From IMG/VR virus record IMGVR_UViG_3300045988_177506: a DNA stretch of 49,895 nucleotides, one strand, 5' to 3'. Both the position numbers and the translations under genes were made by a program. Under the pieces are notes generated by a model that was not told the DNA's origin, ran no database searches, and saw only the letters and a list, made by a program, of their open reading frames with translations. Source of the stretch: a virus. Positions 45,883 to 49,895 of this stretch are shown piece by piece. The stretch's first letter is position 1. Every line of letters begins with the position of its first letter.

Positions 45883-46912
45883 TCTTTCCCGTAACTTTCT
45901 TGAATACTGCTTCGTCGTATTCAGGTAACGATTGCAAATATTCTTTCATTTCTTTCGGCATAAACGACCATGCGACTTCGTTCGGCACTCGTACTATTGC
46001 GGGGATATTCGTTTCATACCATTCAAGGTCACCTTTTAACTCTTCGGCATTATTAAATTTCGGATACCAATTGAACGAAAATATTTTGCGCAAAACCGCT
46101 TCATGCCTTGCCATTGTTGTTCTTTTATTAAACAATTTAAGCCTTGCGCCCTCTTGATTTTGACAAAAAATGCACCGGGAAACGGCTTTGCATTTTGTTA
46201 CGCCAAAACTGCAATTCACACCGTTGCTGTAACTCACGCCGTTGCTCTCATTCACACCGCTGCTCTTATTCACGCCGTTGCTACCACGCACGCCGTTGCT
46301 CCGATTTACACCGCTGCTGACATGCACACCGTTGCTACCATTCACACCGTTGCTCTTATTCACACCGTTGCTACCATTCACACCGTTGCTGTAACTCACG
46401 CCGTCGCTCCAATTCACGCCGTCGCTCTCATCCACGCCAAAACTGCAATTCACACCGCTGCTGACATTCACACCGTTGCTACCATTCACACCGTTGCTGT
46501 AACTCACGCCGTTGCTCTCATTCACACCGCTGCTTTGTAAATCTTCTTGAATAAGACGGATAAATTCGTCAAAAGTATACGTTTTAATAATTTTCAAAGT
46601 TTTTGCTACGCTTTTCTTTCCGTCAGAACTATCAAGGCACGCGTCATACGCTTCCACTTTCGCAAAATTATTCCACTGTACACTTTCGTAAAAGTTAAAG
46701 CAATCTTGTGGCTTTTTAGAAAAATGCAACCCCCAACAACATTCAGCAATATTTCCGTCAACAGTGTGTATTGTGTCCAATACATTGCCTGTTTCATCGG
46801 CATAGCAATAATCACCATGCTTTGTTCCCCACTTGGGTGCAAATGCCTTATATCCGACCGCAAGCACAGGCTTGTTTTCAATGTCTTTTTCGGTTAATCT
46901 GTATGTCTTCAT
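45872..46912 (-). CDS. Hexapeptide tandem-repeat protein (about 19 copies of S-[NSD]-G-V-x-x) with globular N- and C-terminal domains
   Basis: SSGVNESNGVSYSNGVNGSNGVNVSSGVNCSFGV..., encoded by 18-bp DNA tandem repeats. Start taken at MKTYRL. Confidence 0.6.
   Translation of the reverse strand: MKTYRLTEKDIENKPVLAVGYKAFAPKWGTKHGDYCYADETGNVLDTIHTVDGNIAECCWGLHFSKKPQDCFNFYESVQWNNFAKVEAYDACLDSSDGKKSVAKTLKIIKTYTFDEFIRLIQEDLQSSGVNESNGVSYSNGVNGSNGVNVSSGVNCSFGVDESDGVNWSDGVSYSNGVNGSNGVNKSNGVNGSNGVHVSSGVNRSNGVRGSNGVNKSSGVNESNGVSYSNGVNCSFGVTKCKAVSRCIFCQNQEGARLKLFNKRTTMARHEAVLRKIFSFNWYPKFNNAEELKGDLEWYETNIPAIVRVPNEVAWSFMPKEMKEYLQSLPEYDEAVFKKVTGKIDE
46196..46540. repeat. 18-bp tandem repeat array (about 19 units, consensus cacRccgYtgctNNNNtt) with a higher-order duplication
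   Basis: Read directly. The segment gttgctgtaactcacgccgttgctctcattcacaccgctgct occurs twice. Confidence 0.8.
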
Positions 46913-46916
46913 TTTT

Positions 46917-47471
46917 TTACTCCTTATCCTCAGGGGCTTCGTTGCCCCAGCAGTCCCAGCCTTCTGCATATTGCCGTGCAAACAGTTCTATCCGTGAAAA
47001 ATCACCGCAAAATTCTATTATTTTATCTCGCACAATGTCTGGCTTTTTGCTGTGTTCCTCACGTACGCTTTCGATAATTTGAGAGACTTTGTTTGATACT
47101 TTTGGGGGCTTCCCTTTAACGCCTATTAAACAAACCTCTGCATTAGACTTGGTGTACCACCCTACCCCAAAGAAGTTTGAGCCATTTTTGTTTTTCTTTA
47201 TCCATGTGAACCCTACTGTTTTATATTCAAAACCCCATGCTTTTATCGTATTCAACGCTTCTTGCATTTTGGGGAATGTTGCCCACATAAATAATATCGA
47301 ATTTGGTTTAGCCAATTGTCCTATCGGCAAAGCTTCAATATCCTCTTGTTTCATCGTAGAATAGTGACTGTTCGCTGTGGCTTGGATATTTCCCATGTTG
47401 CGGTATGCCCACGGGGGATCTGCATAGATAATGTCATACTTTTTGTCTGTGTTAAAAATGTCTACTTTCAT
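46917..47471 (-). CDS. MT-A70-family N6-adenine DNA methyltransferase (DPPW)
   Basis: IIYADPPWAY motif. Confidence 0.7.
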   Translation of the reverse strand: MKVDIFNTDKKYDIIYADPPWAYRNMGNIQATANSHYSTMKQEDIEALPIGQLAKPNSILFMWATFPKMQEALNTIKAWGFEYKTVGFTWIKKNKNGSNFFGVGWYTKSNAEVCLIGVKGKPPKVSNKVSQIIESVREEHSKKPDIVRDKIIEFCGDFSRIELFARQYAEGWDCWGNEAPEDKE

Positions 47472-47494
47472 ATTTATTTCTCCTTACATTATGC

Positions 47495-47523
47495 ATTATA
47501 TCATATTATCAAAACGTTGTCAA
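47495..47523 (-). promoter_or_regulatory. Perfect sigma-70 consensus promoter TTGACA-17-TATAAT upstream of the MT-A70 gene
   Basis: rc reads TTGACAacgttttgataatatgaTATAAT, followed by AAGGAG and ATG. Confidence 0.65.
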
Positions 47524-47540
47524 GTAAATTTAATGACATT

Positions 47541-47750
47541 TTAGATTTTTATTTGATATTTTGCAAAAGTAACAGCATCGCCATAACGGTTTTTAGTAGT
47601 AACGTTCTCATTTTCAATGATATACCCGTCCTTCCTAAGCAAATAAATATACGCCGACAAACGAGTACAGCCGTATTCCTTAATTGCTTCCCAACTTGTA
47701 ATACTTCCAAAATCTTGTAAGTGTTTAAGAATTCTCTCTTTCTGTGTCAT
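47541..47750 (-). CDS. Winged-helix DNA-binding protein
   Basis: MTQKERILKHLQDFGSITSWEAIKEYGCTRLSAYIYLLRKDGYII shows an HTH/winged-helix pattern. Confidence 0.5.
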   Translation of the reverse strand: MTQKERILKHLQDFGSITSWEAIKEYGCTRLSAYIYLLRKDGYIIENENVTTKNRYGDAVTFAKYQIKI

Positions 47751-48321
47751 TGTTGTTTTCTCCTAAAAACTCTGAAAACCGTTCATAGGCTTTCTGCTTA
47801 TTTTTGTTTTCTTTGCCTTTTATTTGGTAGGATAACGACTTGTCGAACCACGCCTTAATTTGTTTACGCGCATCTTCATATCCCTGTTTTTTGCCATCAT
47901 AATATCCTCGTGCAGGCTTGTTTTCACTAATGCCTGTTTTTTCACCATCCTGCCCGCCGGTCGTGCGGTTATATGGGGAAAACCCATATTCTTTATGATA
48001 TAGTGACAAAATATTTCGTTCCAACGTATCTAAATTTTCTCTACTACATTCTTTGTACCCCAACTTCCACCCGAAAGGGAATTTATTCTTATCGTAAAGC
48101 TTATGTTTTTTAAGAGACAAAGCGATGTGGTCATATTCTTGCAAATGTTGAACACAACGGTCGAGCATTTTTACGCTCTGCCCAACATAACAAAACTTGA
48201 ACCCGTTTTCATCTATTCGATAGAACACATAAATTCCTGGTGTGTTAGGCAACCCCGGACAAACTTTTAATATCTCTTCCTTGTATCTTGCCTTTATAGC
48301 CATTATTTGCTTATAATTCAT
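47725..48321 (-). CDS. GIY-YIG endonuclease
   Basis: PGIYVFYRIDENGFKFCYVGQS (GIY...YVG motif). Confidence 0.7.
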   Translation of the reverse strand: MNYKQIMAIKARYKEEILKVCPGLPNTPGIYVFYRIDENGFKFCYVGQSVKMLDRCVQHLQEYDHIALSLKKHKLYDKNKFPFGWKLGYKECSRENLDTLERNILSLYHKEYGFSPYNRTTGGQDGEKTGISENKPARGYYDGKKQGYEDARKQIKAWFDKSLSYQIKGKENKNKQKAYERFSEFLGENNNDTERENS

Positions 48322-48330
48322 AGTTTCTCC

Positions 48331-48390
48331 TAAAAAGATAGGCTATGCAGAACTAAAAATCACGCACAGCCTTGTTGTCTTTTTTGTTTA
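48331..48390. terminator. Terminator-like hairpin between the SSB and GIY-YIG genes
   Basis: AGGCTATG...CACAGCCT stem flanked by A5 and T8 runs. Confidence 0.35.
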
Positions 48391-48394
48391 ATGT

Positions 48395-48805
48395 TTAGAA
48401 CGGGAAATCGTCTTCCGTTACCGTCTTCTTTTCATCCACTGTTACTTTCGCCGTTGTTCTTTTCGTAGCCCCGCCGTCTTCGTTATAACGGTCAAGCAAC
48501 TCGAACTCATACACTTCATAGTTGTAAAATGTCGAATTATTGTTAGCAAACTTTACCGTATGTTTTCCTTTTGTGACATGTATTCTATCGCAATCTTTAA
48601 GACCTAATGCTATTAACTTTTCATAGCGTTCGCCATTAAATAAAAGCTTACCGTGCCAATCCCTAACGAACTTGTCACCACGACGGCTTGAAGATGACGC
48701 ATTAACAACAGCTATCTTGCTCCCGTTTACAATTTTTTCCTGCACCACACTATCCGTATCCTTCACGTTCCATACCGTGAAATTTCCATCAAACCAAAGT
48801 GCCAT
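48395..48805 (-). CDS. ssb: Single-stranded DNA-binding protein (OB fold with an acidic DDFPF tail)
   Basis: C-terminal EDDFPF tail (cf. the canonical DDDIPF of SSB). Sits in the recombination module. Confidence 0.7.
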   Translation of the reverse strand: MALWFDGNFTVWNVKDTDSVVQEKIVNGSKIAVVNASSSSRRGDKFVRDWHGKLLFNGERYEKLIALGLKDCDRIHVTKGKHTVKFANNNSTFYNYEVYEFELLDRYNEDGGATKRTTAKVTVDEKKTVTEDDFPF

Positions 48806-49283
48806 TTTGTTTTTTGCCTCCTACTTTAGCAATTTTTTTATTGTATATATCGGTAATAACCGTTAATACCTTTGTATTCCGAACCAATTGATAATATATT
48901 TTAGTTCCGTCTTTACGCACAAAACTTAAAATATCCACGCCTTCTGATACAGGCATACGTGTATCAAATTCCACTAATTCTTTAACTGTAAATTCAAAAG
49001 CTTTCAAATCTTTCCCTTGTATGTATTTGATTGCAAACTTGCTCACAGTCGCGTTTTCGGGCATTTTGCGCTTTTCAACAATAAAATCAGTTCGATTATG
49101 TTCCATAAGAAAGTTAAGTTTCTCGTTCATTTTTTCGGTTTCAATAACACGTTTTCGCAAAACCACAATCTCAGCTGCCATGTTCGCGTGATATTCATTA
49201 TATGCTTTTTCTAAACGAACAAGCTTTAAGCCAGTATCGCCCAGAATTGCCACTAATTCATTATATGTTAACTTCTTCCCCAT
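48789..49283 (-). CDS. Hypothetical protein
   Basis: ORF between the SSAP and SSB genes. Confidence 0.55.
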   Translation of the reverse strand: MGKKLTYNELVAILGDTGLKLVRLEKAYNEYHANMAAEIVVLRKRVIETEKMNEKLNFLMEHNRTDFIVEKRKMPENATVSKFAIKYIQGKDLKAFEFTVKELVEFDTRMPVSEGVDILSFVRKDGTKIYYQLVRNTKVLTVITDIYNKKIAKVGGKKQNGTLV

Positions 49284-49286
49284 TTT

Positions 49287-49823
49287 TTAAGCCTCCCAAT
49301 TTTTCAAACGTTCAAGATACTTGTCAAACTGACATTTAGGAGCCTTATCCAAATCAATGCAGTCGCATTCTACCGCAATGGCTTTCAATTCAGCATTGGT
49401 TATCCCTGTTTGTTTTTGGATAGCAAGGATCTGCTTTCTGCGAATGTCTTTCAAAGACGGTGCAGGGGCAGGTTCAGCTTTTTCGGCAGTTGTATACTTT
49501 GTTTTATCGTTTTCCCAATAAACATCCGCGCCAATACCCAAATATTTGCACGCATTTCCTAACGCATCGGTTATCGCCATTTTATACGCCTCGTCGCTCG
49601 CATTGAACGTCTTCTTGCTAACGACATAACTGACCATTCTATTCCCGCCAACACCTGTAATCGGCTTACCCCATTCGTCCCCAAATTTTACATACAAATC
49701 AATTTCGGCAAAAGCAAGACGTTCTCCGGTGCTAACTTCTTCTGTCCACAATCTTTTGATTTCATAGTACCACCCAAAGCCACACGCACCAAATTCGCTT
49801 GTAAGCATTTTTACGCGCCACAT
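49287..49823 (-). CDS. Erf-family single-strand annealing protein
   Basis: ITDALGNACKYLGIGADVY matches the Erf motif (cf. P22 Erf SYARKYCLNGLFGIDD). Upstream of Gp157; the gene start lies in the terminal overlap. Confidence 0.55.
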   Translation of the reverse strand: MWRVKMLTSEFGACGFGWYYEIKRLWTEEVSTGERLAFAEIDLYVKFGDEWGKPITGVGGNRMVSYVVSKKTFNASDEAYKMAITDALGNACKYLGIGADVYWENDKTKYTTAEKAEPAPAPSLKDIRRKQILAIQKQTGITNAELKAIAVECDCIDLDKAPKCQFDKYLERLKNWEA

Positions 49824-49895
49824 TGTGTTTATATCCGTCCCCTTAAAACGTCCATTATCAAACGCTTTTAGGGCGTCTGACGGTACGGCACGGAA
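49777..49895. repeat. Second copy of the 119-bp terminal overlap
   Basis: Identical to 1..119. Confidence 0.9.

Noticed and set aside
46196-46540. Regular 18-bp tandem repeats that could be mistaken for a CRISPR array
   Set aside because: The units are contiguous with no spacers and are in frame inside a long ORF, where they encode a hexapeptide repeat. No cas genes are present.
1-49895. Integrase, CI-like repressor, tRNA or transposase genes
   Set aside because: None were found on inspection of all ORFs and non-coding regions. This is an absence by eye and cannot exclude divergent members without profile searches.

Overview
The window is a complete, closed genome (about 49.8 kb) of a siphovirus-like tailed dsDNA phage. 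Gene content points to a low-GC Gram-positive host: the SSB ends in DDFPF, there is a lipobox lipoprotein, a BclA/C1q-like protein, and the tail module is ordered TMP-Dit-Tal. Positions 1-119 are identical to 49777-49895, so the ends are an assembly overlap across the circle, and the Erf-like gene at 49287..49823 runs across the junction.

Almost all genes lie on the - strand, in two transcription blocks.

The packaging/morphogenesis/lysis block runs 27849 down to 2805. It contains a small RHH-like ORF overlapping the large terminase, an SPP1-like portal, a scaffold, a decoration-like protein, a lambda-gpE-like major capsid protein, connector/gp10-like proteins, a major tail protein, G/GT tail chaperones with a -1 frameshift at TTTTTTC, TMP, Dit, Tal and a tail fibre. 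After these come membrane/holin-like proteins, a sigma-70 region-4-like regulator and several moron-like genes. The latter include a BclA/C1q-like protein and an R/D/Y-rich low-complexity protein. The block ends at an intrinsic terminator (2762..2799).

The early block starts at a consensus promoter (1536..1564) with an AbrB/MazE-like regulator and continues across the junction down to 32078. It contains:
- a recombination module (Sipho_Gp157, Erf-like SSAP, SSB);
- GIY-YIG and HNH endonucleases;
- three DNA methyltransferases (two DPPY, one MT-A70 DPPW);
- a hexapeptide-repeat protein whose gene carries a 19-copy 18-bp tandem repeat;
- a lipoprotein, an ASCH/DUF3850 pair and a macro-domain protein;
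- a DnaB/RecA-like ATPase and many small Cys-rich zinc-ribbon proteins.

Three things sit outside this pattern. (1) An ORF-free + strand transcription unit of about 850 nt (1675..2525) is bounded by a perfect TTGACA-17-TATAAT promoter and an intrinsic terminator, making it a large ncRNA candidate. (2) A 1.5 kb ORF-free region (27950..29340) carries iterons, a CT-rich tract, a G9 tract and a roughly 120-nt small-RNA unit. (3) A visibly GC-richer + strand three-gene cassette (29440..31883) ends in an FtsK/SpoIIIE-family ATPase.

At least eight promoters match the sigma-70 consensus exactly or nearly, all with 17-bp spacers. I found no integrase, no CI-like repressor and no recognisable endolysin.
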